Positions 8,380 to 18,234 are shown, numbered from the stretch's first letter. The stretch is DNA of 64,000 bases from Terriglobia bacterium (GCA_965223005.1 CBDCVK010000010.1:96001-160000), one strand, 5' to 3'. Notes: generated from the letters alone by a model not told the origin. Numbers and translations: made by a program.

Positions 8380-10943
8380 TCAGTGGTTCGTGACAAATTC
8401 CCTGGAGCTGATCACGGCCCAGACGATGTTTCGGATGGCCCCCGGCCGTGAAGCTCTGGTGCTGATCCACTGCTGCACATCCTTCTGTTCAGCTGCCGAA
8501 GGAAAGCGCGACAGGGCGGCAAGGTAAAGCTCCTCGATGATCTTCGCGTCGGAGGATCCACTCTTCAACAGGCGGTCAATGCGTCCGCCCTCCTTCGCAA
8601 GCTTCTCGGTGTAGGTGTTTCCGGCCAGCATATGCAGGGCTTGCTGCAGGTTACTTTTGTTCTTCCGCTCCGGCACTGCCATCCGGCTCGGGAGCCCATA
8701 CACTTCGAGGAACCGCAAGACATAGGTGTCGGTCTCGACCATATGGATCGCGCGAGACCCTGGAGGCAGCGTCCCCGGCAAACGGTCTAATGGCCAGTCG
8801 TGACGCAACGTTTCCGGAACCCCAGTGGCCGAGGAGATCGCATCCAGCAGCACTTCGGCGTCAAGCTGCCTGGGGATGAAGCGTGAGTAATTGATCCGGT
8901 CATCAGCGTTCGTCTCGTTTGGCACGCTGGAGAGCTGATAGGTGCGGGAGCTAACGATGGTTCGGATCAGACGCTTGAGGTCGTGCCCGCTCTCCCGGAA
9001 ATCCTGGGCCAGCGCTTGAAGAAGCTCCGGGTGGGTTGGCGGGTTCGTGGAGCGAAAATCATCCACCGCATCGACGATCCCTCTCCCGAAGAAGTACCCC
9101 CACGTGCGGTTGACCGCCGCCTCGGCGAAGTAAGGATGCGAGGTCATCCACTCGGCCAGTTTCCAGCGCAGGTCTCCCCGCTCTGACTCAGGCAACTCTC
9201 GCCCGTCGAGAAAAGTCGGCTGGACCACCGCTTTGGTCGCGGATGCGTCACGAACTTGCTCTTTCCCGTCTGCCCGTAGTCGACTTCCTGGCCGGCCGGA
9301 TCGTCATAGAGCACCGAACCGTGCACATTGTAGTCCTGTGGACTAAACTTCACCGCATTCATCCGGCCGAAGAACGCAGTCAGGCCCCAGAACTGGTCCT
9401 GGCTCCAGGCCTCAAAGGGGTGATTGTGGCACTGCGCACAATCGAATCTCCGCCCCAGGAAGACGCGCACCTGCTCGCCCATCTTCTGCTCCGGGTTCCG
9501 CTCCTCTCCCGCAGGAAAGTAATGGGGGACGGCGCCGCTGTAGCCTTGCGCGGCAATTCGCTCGCGGGCGATCTGGTCATAGGGTTTGTTCGCGGCGATG
9601 CTCGCGCGAATCCATTTCCAATAATTATGTGCCGATCGCGGGTCAATCTGGTTCGCGTACCGATCCACGCGAAACACGTCGGCGAAACGGAACGTCCAGT
9701 AGTCGATGAATTCCGGCGTGTTCATCAGAACTTCGACCACCTTCTGCCGTTTTCGCCGATCCTTGCTGGCCGCAAACTCGCGCACCCGCTCTGGCGGCGG
9801 CAAGACCCCGGTCAGGTCCAGGCAGACGCGACGCAGGAACTCCGTATCACTGGAAAGCTTGGAAGGGATAATGTTGAACTTCTTCAGCTTGGCGAATACG
9901 TAGTCGTCGATGAAGTTGTTGTGCGGTACTTTCGGATACCGCGCGATCGGTTTGCCAATCACGCCGACGCTGGTGCTCGTCGCAAACCCTGCCGCGCGAA
10001 CCATCACGGAAGTTTCCCCCGTCCGCACCGCAGCCACCTGGCCTTGCTGATCCACCTTCACCACCTCGGAGTTGTTCGAGGCGTACAGAACCTGGTCGCT
10101 GATGTCCTCCTGTTGGCCATTCGAGAGGTGAGCGGTCACCAGCAGCCGGTGCTTACCTTCCGGAGCCAGCACCACTTCGCGAGGCTCCACCTCGACCCGC
10201 ACCACCCGCACGCCCTCCTTGTCGCCTTCCTCACCGAACGGCGCACCGTTCCGCACCCAGTTCAGGATCGTTTCGTAGTCAGCCGAGTTCGGACGCAACG
10301 GCTGCCCGCCTCCGTGCGAAACACCCATCGTCGCTTTCATCAACAGCAGGCTCTTCTCGGGCTCCTTCAGGTTGACCCGCGGGATTTGTTCACCTTTCTC
10401 CGTGGTCAGGACCTGGTACGTCCCCCCTTCCACAATCCACTGGTAGTCATCGCGGGCGTACAGCGCGTTCAGAGACAGTTTGAATCCGCCCTTTCCCTTC
10501 ACACCCCCGTGGCAGGAGCTGTCGTTGCAGCCGCGCTTGGTAAGGATTCCGCCAATATCACGGGCGAAGCTGAACGGGCGGATCTCCTGCGAGCCCGCTA
10601 CCCGAACGTCGGTCTTGACCGACCGGCCTTCCAACGACGCCGTCAAGACTACGCTCCCGTCGGCCAGCGCCACTACTCGCCCCTCGGCATCCACCTTCGC
10701 CACTCTGGAATCAGAAATCGAGAACCGGCTCTCGGCGGTCACGTCTCGCTCCAGACCATCGCTGTATTTCCCAATGACCAGGAAATGCTGGGACGCCTTC
10801 GCTCCCCACAGCGTTCGATCCTGCGGTATCAATCGCAAGGACCGCAGTTTGGGAGGGGCAGGCCCGGCCTGGGAAGCGCTCGACAGGCCCAGAACGGCCC
10901 CAACCAACAGGACCGCCCATCGTCTTTTCTGTCCGCCCAACAT
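8380..10943 (-). CDS. Ig-like (Big_2) + DUF1549 + DUF1553 protein, split by a 1-nt frameshift near 9238
   Basis: ORFs 9144..10943 (signal peptide, CNDSSCHG, FLRRVCLDLTG, CAQCHNHPF) and 8380..9228 (NPPTHPELL, LDAEVLLDAI) join as HPRTKAVVQPTFLDG if one base is restored. Confidence 0.88.
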
Positions 10944-11242
10944 TGTGTTCCCTAGCGCCTCCTCAGCTCACCCGCTATGGTTCTTTCTTGGATTAATTAG
11001 ACTGCCGCTAAACCTGCGCTGCAAGGACAAAATGTCATGTACCGGGCCCACTTAGTTCCTCTCCTCAGGCGTTGTGAGACCCCACCTTGTCACCAACAAT
11101 GCCGGATAGATTGCCCCTAACCCGCCACCAGGAGACCCTCCAGGCCCGCTCCGGATGTGGGTAAAGAGGGGGGTTATGACACAAGGAACGTCACAAATCA
11201 GCCTTCGGAAGATGTGCCATCACCGGAAGTGATTGAAACGAA

Positions 11243-11290
11243 TGGTAGGCCCGAGCGGGCTCGAACCGCTGACCTCTACCGTGTCAAGGT
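11243..11290 (-). repeat. att-like copy of the tRNA-Val 3' end (48 bp, identical)
   Basis: Identical to 18838-18885; diverges just past the anticodon loop. Confidence 0.97.
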
Positions 11291-11315
11291 GCACCTGATC
11301 TTGCCTGATAAACAG

Positions 11316-11414
11316 GGTAAGAACAAGCTAATTGGGTCGCGGAATGCGGCTGAATGCCCGCCAGATAAGCGTTTGAGTGAAGGGGTCGAGGTAAGAACAG
11401 GGCTCAGAACAGGG
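11316..11414. repeat. AGAACAGGG x2 (12-bp period) and GGTAAGAACA x2, putative arm-type sites
   Basis: AGAACAGGG at 11394 and 11406; GGTAAGAACA at 11316 and 11390. Confidence 0.6.
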
Positions 11415-11425
11415 ATTGCGCTCTC

Positions 11426-11453
11426 AAACCCGCCAGCGGTTGACGCTGGCGGG
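11426..11453 (-). terminator. Probable intrinsic terminator after DUF3489
   Basis: 10-bp stem CCCGCCAGCG/CGCTGGCGGG with a 5-nt loop, followed by TTTG on the minus strand. Confidence 0.6.
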
Positions 11454-11470
11454 ATCTTACGGCCGAGCAC

Positions 11471-12031
11471 TTAAGACCGGACCCGGTACACACGCTGGCC
11501 ATCCTCTTGCCTAGCCGATGCCACTTTTAGACCCATCCTCTTCCCCACGCCTGCGCTGATGAACCCGCGCACACTGTGAGCCTGCCATCCCGTGGCAGCC
11601 ATCAGCTCCCGCAGTGTGACTCCGGAAGGCCGTTGCAGGAGTTCCAGAATTTCAGCTTTCTTGCTCCCCGCACGTGCCTTCTGGAGTTCCTGGACGGCTC
11701 TCTTGTTCCCCCTCCGTCTGTGGGCCCTATTCGGCTTGGTGGATGGTTGTACGCCACGCACGGGTGTGTCCGTATTTGCCACTTCAGGTCCCAGGGGCTG
11801 AATGGCCTTCCAGATTCGATCAATCCCTGTCTTGCGATTCGTGAACCTCTTGGCCGGCTTCACACCAGGAATCCGGTTCCAGATTTTCACCAAACGGGCG
11901 CCCGGCCAACCGCCGGCCAACCGCTCTAGCTCCTGTTTGGTCGTGAACGCATCGGCTGCATCTTCGCTCCTGGGTTCGTCCGATCCGATGACCCTGACGT
12001 GGTTCTCCCCGTCGATGATGAATGTCGGCAC
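11471..12031 (-). CDS. DUF3489 family protein
   Basis: Own RBS (GGAAAGGAG) before GTG 12031; WPGARLVKIWN and SKKAEILELLQRPSGVTLRELMAATGWQAHSVRGFIS motifs; in frame with the upstream integrase. Confidence 0.88.
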   Translation of the reverse strand: MPTFIIDGENHVRVIGSDEPRSEDAADAFTTKQELERLAGGWPGARLVKIWNRIPGVKPAKRFTNRKTGIDRIWKAIQPLGPEVANTDTPVRGVQPSTKPNRAHRRRGNKRAVQELQKARAGSKKAEILELLQRPSGVTLRELMAATGWQAHSVRGFISAGVGKRMGLKVASARQEDGQRVYRVRS

Positions 12032-13261
12032 TGGCCCTCTCCTTTCCTGATCGATCAGAACGACACATCCATCACTCGGTCTTGAGCCAGAAGCAAGGTA
12101 ATTCTGCGAGATTATCGGACTATGCTGGCATAGCGGCAGTCTCGGTGATTGCCAGTTCTGGTCTGCAGGCCTGCTGGCCGCCATGTTCAGTTTCTCTTGA
12201 ATCCGGCGTGTCAGCTCTTCCTGCCGCTTCAACTGCACTACCGTGTATTCTTCGGTAATTCTCGTACTTGCGTGACCCGCAATTTGCGACGCCTCGATGC
12301 TGGACCCACCCACCTCCTGCCGCCACGTAATATTCGCCCGCCGCAGCGAGTGCAGCCCGAATCCACGGAAATCGCAACCCTCCAGCCGCGCTGCCTCCTT
12401 CAAAACCGCCCGAACTCCCGAGTCCCACATCGGCTTCCGCTGATTATGCTGTGGAAACACCCAGGCCTCCGGCCTGTGGTCTTCCAGGGATTCGATCCAC
12501 AGCTTCAATCGTTCGGCCAGACTGCCCAGTGTCAACGTCCTTTTGCTCCGTTCCGTCTTTGGGCTGTCGATATCCCCGCGCCAGTTCCGCTGCTCGATCC
12601 GGATGCATCCGCTCTGCAGAGCAACATGTTTGATCTGTAGGCCGGTGACTTCCGAGATGCGGGCCCCGGTAGCCAGACAGAGCTCACAAATCAACCGGTG
12701 CGGATCTCGCAAGTGCACCAAAACATGGGCCGTCTCCTCTTCTGTCAGGATGCGCCTTTCGTACACTTGCCACTTCTTCGGGAGTTTCACGCGCGCGATC
12801 GGGTTGGCGAAGGTATCCGGCAGCAGGTCCCATTCCTGAGCCTTGGTGAAGATGCCGCTCATGATGTTCCTCAGATCGGCCATCATGTACCAGGAACCGG
12901 ATTCCTCCTGCAGCCAGTCGAGTACGTCCTTGGCGCGAAAGTCGCCGATGGGCGTGCTGGCCCAACGCGGAAGGATGTGATTGTGAAAGTGGTTGCGATA
13001 TTTCTGTTTGGTGGAAGCGGCTAAAAGCGGTTTACCACCGACAACACGCTCCACATAGTCCCACTCCCACATTACGGCGATCGTGCCGAACAGAATCGCA
13101 CCCACTGCCGCCGGTTCGTTGGGCATCACTAGGGTCTTGGTGGGCACTGGTGTGGCGTTCAGGCCACTCAGGAACTTGTCGCACTGCGCCTCCGCTTGGA
13201 GCCGTCTCAGAGCCGCTGGTCCCCGGCTCGCAACGATCCGATGCTGCTTTCCGGCCTCCAA
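11471..13261 (-). CDS. Tyrosine integrase, N-terminus probably truncated, reading through in frame into DUF3489
   Basis: Catalytic residues present: TGARISE (R), PKT (K), HSLRR, AGH, EEY. The integrase domain ends near 12190 with no stop codon. Confidence 0.85.
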   Translation of the reverse strand: MEAGKQHRIVASRGPAALRRLQAEAQCDKFLSGLNATPVPTKTLVMPNEPAAVGAILFGTIAVMWEWDYVERVVGGKPLLAASTKQKYRNHFHNHILPRWASTPIGDFRAKDVLDWLQEESGSWYMMADLRNIMSGIFTKAQEWDLLPDTFANPIARVKLPKKWQVYERRILTEEETAHVLVHLRDPHRLICELCLATGARISEVTGLQIKHVALQSGCIRIEQRNWRGDIDSPKTERSKRTLTLGSLAERLKLWIESLEDHRPEAWVFPQHNQRKPMWDSGVRAVLKEAARLEGCDFRGFGLHSLRRANITWRQEVGGSSIEASQIAGHASTRITEEYTVVQLKRQEELTRRIQEKLNMAASRPADQNWQSPRLPLCQHSPIISQNYLASGSRPSDGCVVLIDQERRGPVPTFIIDGENHVRVIGSDEPRSEDAADAFTTKQELERLAGGWPGARLVKIWNRIPGVKPAKRFTNRKTGIDRIWKAIQPLGPEVANTDTPVRGVQPSTKPNRAHRRRGNKRAVQELQKARAGSKKAEILELLQRPSGVTLRELMAATGWQAHSVRGFISAGVGKRMGLKVASARQEDGQRVYRVRS

Positions 13262-13296
13262 TCAAACCTCCTGTCGGGGACAGGAGGTTTGATTGG
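13258..13296. repeat. Perfect 18-bp inverted repeat with a 3-nt spacer
   Basis: CCAATCAAACCTCCTGTC-GGG-GACAGGAGGTTTGATTGG, located at the integrase 5' end. Confidence 0.95.
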
Positions 13297-13558
13297 TTCA
13301 CCGTATAAGGCAAGGCAAATCTACAGCCCCCCACAGGTATTCCACCGGCTTCAATGACCGACCAGGGTACTCCTGCGGCTTCCCGGAAACTGACCCTTTA
13401 CGCCCGTCAGGGTAGTAGGTCAGTTTCCGATAAGGGCGATATACGTCCAAGTGGGCGGCTTGGCAGCATAGGTAAACGGCAACCGACTTGTGGGGACCTA
13501 TCTGCCGAGTCTGAGGCAAGCGTCTTCTGCTCACAGACTTGGACCGAGGCGAAGCCGG

Positions 13559-13655
13559 CTATTGCACGGCGATGGTGACGGTGTTGGGTGACGCCGCCTA
13601 TAGTGAGCACTACATCCACCGCATCGCTCGTGGGAGCGTTCTCCGGTACTCGGCA
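13559..13655 (-). pseudogene. Orphan C-terminal fragment of a TIGR03437-type domain
   Basis: VPENAPTSDAVDVVLTIGGVT, then a frameshift to NTVTIAVQ*. Confidence 0.7.
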
Positions 13656-13719
13656 GCATTGGTGGCCGGGCGCCTGCTGCACTGTCCGGCATGGAGTCTT
13701 CGCACCTGAGGCGACGGCC

Positions 13720-16700
13720 TCAGGGTGCTTGGACCGGGATGGTGACGGGCTTATCTGGGTTGGCAACAATCCCGTTCTGCGTGAGGACCAGCGGGACCGC
13801 ACCGCCCGGCGCAACGCCGGCCGGCACCACCACGTTCACTTGGTAGAGTCCCACGAAGCCCGGCGCCAGACCCTGGTAGGCTACCGCGGCTTCGAGCCCT
13901 CCGATGGTCACCGTCACCGGCAGTTGCACGGTGCTGAACGAGGGCGCGGGAGCTCCCGTCTCTACCTGCTCCTGCACGGCGCCCAGGCCGGTGCAGAAGA
14001 TCTGTATCGTGTCTCCATCGCGCACCGGGTTCTGCGCCGTCACCAGCTGGAACGAGGCGTCCAGGATAGCGGCGTTTTCACCCGCAATGAAGATGCCCGG
14101 CTGCACCGGAGCAATCCGGTAGTTCTGCGGTGAAGTCAGCAGGTCACCTACGTTGACGGTGACCCCAACGTCATCGCCGGGGCGGGTCTCAAACGGCACC
14201 TGCGCGTTGATCTGTCCCGGGCCGGCGAAATACAACGGCGCATCTCGGTCGCCAATCCGTACGCTGTCCCCGGCCAGATCCCGCTCCAGCGGCAGCTGGG
14301 TGGCGAAGTTGTTCTCGGTCGCGAAGCGCGCGCCGAACAAGGAGATGATGCCACCGGGCGCCAGCGGCCGTCGCGGCGCGAAGCCGGCTCCTTCCACCAC
14401 CCCGTCGGGAAACAGCACCGGCAACTCCACGGCTCCGGGCGCCGCCGCCGTGGAAACCGTGAAGGAGCGACGCGCCGTAGCAAACGAGGAATGCAGCGCC
14501 ACAAAGGTCACCGTCACCTCGGCCGCCTCGCTCACCGGCGTCCAGGTGCCAGTGTAGAAACCGTCGCCCAGCGACCGCAGCGAGATATTCAACCCTTCGA
14601 TGCTGGCCAGCACAGTGGCATCGCTAACGACTGTGCCGCAGGTGTCTACCGTCACCGCCGCCAGCACCCTGGGGAAAGATACCGGCAGGCTGAGGCCGTT
14701 GCCAATCGTGGTGGCCAGCAGTTGTAGCCCCGATGGAGCGCACTGGGCCGTGCGTGGCGGACCCACTGCCTGGGTCCGCAGCGCACTGCCCGGCGGCGTC
14801 ACGATCAGCAACACGCCTACCTGCTGCGGCACGCCGGAGGAGAAGGTGGCGGTGATGGTGCCCTCGTAGACGCCGGCCGCCAGCCCTGCCTGGTTCACCG
14901 AAACTTGCGTGGTGAACGGACCTCCCGACGCGGTCCCGCTCGACGGGCTCACCATCAGCCAGTCCCCGCCGGAACTGGTCGAAGCCTCAAAAACAGCCGT
15001 GAGTGTTCCTCCCCCAGCGTTGCTCACGGTCAGGTCCTGCTCCGCCAGCAGAGCGCCACCCTGCTCGGCGACGAACAGCATCCCGTTGGGGCTGATGTCG
15101 GCCGTCGCAGGCGTGGCCGTCGGCGACACCTGCAGCGTCGCCGTGAACAGTTGGGGATTGTTGCTGGCCCCCGGCGCCGATACCGTCACCAGCACCTGCA
15201 AGACCCCGGCCGCCAGCCCCGACGGGTTGGCCGCCAGGGTGATCGCCGAAGCCTGGGGGGCGCCGACGCCAGCCGTCCCCGATGCCGGGGAAGCCGTCAG
15301 CCAGGAAGGCAACGCGGACAACGACCAGTTCAGCGACTCGGTCCCGTTGTTCAACACCCGCAGCGTCTGCGCCGGCGGCGCAAATCCGCCTTCCACAACC
15401 CGGAACAGGAACGCCGTCTGGTCCAACAGCAGCTGGCCGCCCGGCGAGGTCACCACCGCCTGCACGGGAACCGCAACGGAAAAGCCAGTATCCGTATCGG
15501 TTACGGTGATCACCGCCTGGAACACCCCGGCTGTTGTCAGAGCGGCAAAGTTGACTTCGGCAGTGACAGTCTCCGGCTGCTGCAAGGTGGCGCTGCCAGA
15601 GCCGGGAGAAACGGTGAGCCAAGCGGTTCCATTCAGTAGCGTCGCTGCTACGCTCCAGTTCACCGTGCCGGCGTCGCTGCCGACCTGCAAGGCTTGTTGG
15701 GCAGAGGGATCACCGACAGCCCCAGAGAAGCTCAACGCCTGCGGCGATACGGTCAGGGCCGAAACCGGAGCTGTTCCTGCCTGGGTTACCGTGAAGGTCT
15801 GCCCGGCAATCGTCATCGTCCCGGTGCGCGAACTGCTGCCGTTGGCCGCCACCGAGTACGCCACCGTGCCCCTGCCGCTTTCGCCCGAGGTGATGGTAAT
15901 CCAACCGTCGTTGCTCGTGGCCGTCCACATACACCCGTCCGGCGCCATCACCGCCACGCTGCCGCTTCCCCCACTGGCCGGGAATGATTCGTTGGTCGGA
16001 GCAATGGAGTACATGCAGCCCGCGGCCACGTCGCTGATCTTCGCGATAAAAACGTCCGAGCCTCCGGTTTTAGTAGACTGAAAGGGAGTTGCGGTGGGGA
16101 AGTCAGTCGACGTTGTATCTCCTGTGACATAAGCGTTGCCGGAGCCGTCTACGGCGATCCCTCCTCCGAAGGTCATATCGCCGCTACTCCCACCGAGGTA
16201 GGTCGAGTAAACCAGGGCACTGCCGGCGGCGTTTAATTTCGTCACGAACGCGTCGTTAGGACTACCGTTGCGAGTGGCCTGGATAGGGTTGGCCGTGGGG
16301 AAGTTATCTGAGCCCGTTTCGCCTGCCACGTATGCGTTGCCGAAAGCATCTACGGCGATGCCTTCGACGTAGTCGTGGCTGCTGCCGCCCAGATAGGTAG
16401 AATAAACGAGGGCGGTGCCGGAGGCATTCAATTTCGTCACAAACGCATCCCAGATAAAGGTACCACCGCCGCCGTGAGCGGGCTGGATGGGGCTGGCCGT
16501 GGGGAAGTCGGTCGAAGTCGTAGTCCCGGCCACATAGGCGTTCCCCGAGGCATCTACGGCAACAGCCAACTGGATACTATTAGTACCGCCCTCGCTGCTG
16601 CTGCCACCGAGGTAGGTGGAGTAAACCAGAGCGTTGCCGGCTGCATTCAGTTTCGTCACAAAGACATCGCTGTCACTGGTGTCGCCACCCTTAGAGGCCT

Positions 16701-18234
16701 GGAAAGGACTGGCCGTGGGGAAATCGGCCGAGGATGTAGAACCCGTCACGTGGGCGTTGCCGGAGCCGTCCACGGCGATGCTGGTGCCCCTGTCGGAGCT
16801 GCCGCCACCCAGATAGGTGGAGTAAACCAGGGCGCTACCAGCGGCATTCAATTTCGTCACAAAGGCGTCGAGCCCACCGCCCGTAGCGGGCTGGAGGGGA
16901 GTGGCCGTGGGGAAGTCGGTCGAAAAAGTAACGCCCGTCACGTAGGCATTGCCAGAGGTGTCCACGGCGATGCCGAAGCCGTCCTCGAAGATACTGCCGC
17001 CATCGCGCCTCCTTAGGTAGGTGGAATAAACCAGAGCGTTACCGGCGGCATTCAATTTCGTCACGAACGCATCCGAAGTGCTGTCGAGAGCGGACTGAAA
17101 GGGATTGACCGTGGGGAAATCGGTTGATTCCGTAGAGCCCGTCACATAGGCGCTGCCGGAGCCGTCCACGGCGATGCCCCTGCCGATTTCGCTGTCGCTG
17201 CCGCCCAGATAGGTGGAATAAACGAGGGCACTACCGGCGGCATTCAATTTCGTCACGAACGCATCCTGGCCGCCCCCCCCATCGGCCTGGAAGGGACTAG
17301 CCGTAGGGAAGCCCGTGAAACTCGTCTGGCCCGTTACGTAAGCGTTGCCAGAAGCGTCTACGGCGATGGCGAAGCTCCTGTCATTGCCGTTGCCGCCAAG
17401 GTAGGTGGAGTAACTCAGCACCGGATCAATGATGAGGGGCTGGCTGGCATCATACGCGGCCACGCGGAAGCCGACCTGGTGTCCACCGTTGAGCACGTAA
17501 TTCCCGGCGATTTCGCGCCGGACGCCGTCCACTTCCTGATAGACCAGAGGCTTGTGCTGGCGGACTTCTCCGCCAGGGGTATCAAGCAACAAATCGCCCT
17601 GGGCATCAATGCGAAGCTTCTCGACACCTTCAAAGCTGAGCGCGATGCCGCCCGGATCGGCCCCCGGCGCAACCACCAGGTCATACTCCAGTTGGCGCTG
17701 GTTGCCGTAGTAGACCAAATCCACGCCGGGGTAAACGTCCTCATATTGCACCTTGGCGTAGTGGGGGACGTTGGTGCGCCACTTGTCAGGGTCGTTGCCG
17801 AGGAGGTAGTTGCTCTTGCCGGGCAGTTCCTCCAACCCTGACGCCGGTGGCGATGGGTTGGCCCCAACCAGCTTCATGCGCAGCACCGCTTCCTCCGTGT
17901 CCCCGTTGCTCTCAACCTTGCCAACCTCAGACGCAGCCGGTTTGCGCAAAGCAAGCACGGCCTCAGTAGGGGTCAAGAACAACGTGTAGCCGCTGCCCCG
18001 CGACAAGAAGTCCACGCGGCCGTCAGTCTGCCCCTGATTGGCTTCAAAGTTCAGGGGCAGCTTGCCGTAGGCCTCCGCAAGTTGCGGCTTGTTGGCCGCT
18101 GTGGTTTTGGCTGCGGAAGATGGCTTAGGAGCAAGGAGTGGGCCCGGATCGAACTCCATCAGGCCGACAGCAAGCAGCCCAAGGGCTAGCAGCGCCATTC
18201 CCGGTCCCACGCTACGAATCAAGGACCTGCGCAT
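13720..18234 (-). CDS. Large secreted SBBP-repeat beta-propeller protein with BACON-like domains and a TIGR03437-type C-terminal domain
   Basis: Signal peptide; LPLNFEANQGQTD; repeated YSTYLGG...IAVD.SGNAYVTG...DAFVTKLN; WTATSND.WIT; GQINAQVPF and GLAPGFVGLYQVNV. Confidence 0.92.
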   Translation of the reverse strand: MRRSLIRSVGPGMALLALGLLAVGLMEFDPGPLLAPKPSSAAKTTAANKPQLAEAYGKLPLNFEANQGQTDGRVDFLSRGSGYTLFLTPTEAVLALRKPAASEVGKVESNGDTEEAVLRMKLVGANPSPPASGLEELPGKSNYLLGNDPDKWRTNVPHYAKVQYEDVYPGVDLVYYGNQRQLEYDLVVAPGADPGGIALSFEGVEKLRIDAQGDLLLDTPGGEVRQHKPLVYQEVDGVRREIAGNYVLNGGHQVGFRVAAYDASQPLIIDPVLSYSTYLGGNGNDRSFAIAVDASGNAYVTGQTSFTGFPTASPFQADGGGGQDAFVTKLNAAGSALVYSTYLGGSDSEIGRGIAVDGSGSAYVTGSTESTDFPTVNPFQSALDSTSDAFVTKLNAAGNALVYSTYLRRRDGGSIFEDGFGIAVDTSGNAYVTGVTFSTDFPTATPLQPATGGGLDAFVTKLNAAGSALVYSTYLGGGSSDRGTSIAVDGSGNAHVTGSTSSADFPTASPFQASKGGDTSDSDVFVTKLNAAGNALVYSTYLGGSSSEGGTNSIQLAVAVDASGNAYVAGTTTSTDFPTASPIQPAHGGGGTFIWDAFVTKLNASGTALVYSTYLGGSSHDYVEGIAVDAFGNAYVAGETGSDNFPTANPIQATRNGSPNDAFVTKLNAAGSALVYSTYLGGSSGDMTFGGGIAVDGSGNAYVTGDTTSTDFPTATPFQSTKTGGSDVFIAKISDVAAGCMYSIAPTNESFPASGGSGSVAVMAPDGCMWTATSNDGWITITSGESGRGTVAYSVAANGSSSRTGTMTIAGQTFTVTQAGTAPVSALTVSPQALSFSGAVGDPSAQQALQVGSDAGTVNWSVAATLLNGTAWLTVSPGSGSATLQQPETVTAEVNFAALTTAGVFQAVITVTDTDTGFSVAVPVQAVVTSPGGQLLLDQTAFLFRVVEGGFAPPAQTLRVLNNGTESLNWSLSALPSWLTASPASGTAGVGAPQASAITLAANPSGLAAGVLQVLVTVSAPGASNNPQLFTATLQVSPTATPATADISPNGMLFVAEQGGALLAEQDLTVSNAGGGTLTAVFEASTSSGGDWLMVSPSSGTASGGPFTTQVSVNQAGLAAGVYEGTITATFSSGVPQQVGVLLIVTPPGSALRTQAVGPPRTAQCAPSGLQLLATTIGNGLSLPVSFPRVLAAVTVDTCGTVVSDATVLASIEGLNISLRSLGDGFYTGTWTPVSEAAEVTVTFVALHSSFATARRSFTVSTAAAPGAVELPVLFPDGVVEGAGFAPRRPLAPGGIISLFGARFATENNFATQLPLERDLAGDSVRIGDRDAPLYFAGPGQINAQVPFETRPGDDVGVTVNVGDLLTSPQNYRIAPVQPGIFIAGENAAILDASFQLVTAQNPVRDGDTIQIFCTGLGAVQEQVETGAPAPSFSTVQLPVTVTIGGLEAAVAYQGLAPGFVGLYQVNVVVPAGVAPGGAVPLVLTQNGIVANPDKPVTIPVQAP

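Larger units (their letters stand above)
1202..11242. mobile_element. Unit B: about 10-kb island between two tRNA-Val att copies, with no intact integrase
   Basis: Bounded by att copies at 1157-1201 and 11243-11290. Same-orientation paired repeats near both ends: GGGTT-ACGTCACAAAGC-ACGTCACAA at 1341-1366 and GGGTT-ATGACACAAGGA-ACGTCACAA at 11171-11196. Confidence 0.8.

Noticed and set aside
4439-10955. Long plus-strand ORFs (4439..5881, 7299..8393, 9243..10955) and similar ORFs elsewhere
   Set aside because: They are antisense shadows of recognisable minus-strand genes in GC-rich DNA and carry no motifs.
1157-11290. tRNA-like sequences at 1157-1201 and 11243-11290 as functional tRNAs
   Set aside because: They lack the 5' acceptor strand and D-arm, so they are att duplications.
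13298-13534. 78-aa ORF as the missing integrase N-terminus
   Set aside because: No recognisable arm-binding domain features, and the hairpin separates it from the integrase.
16080-17410. Periodic DNA repeats as a CRISPR array
   Set aside because: They are degenerate in-frame SBBP coding repeats, and no cas genes are present.
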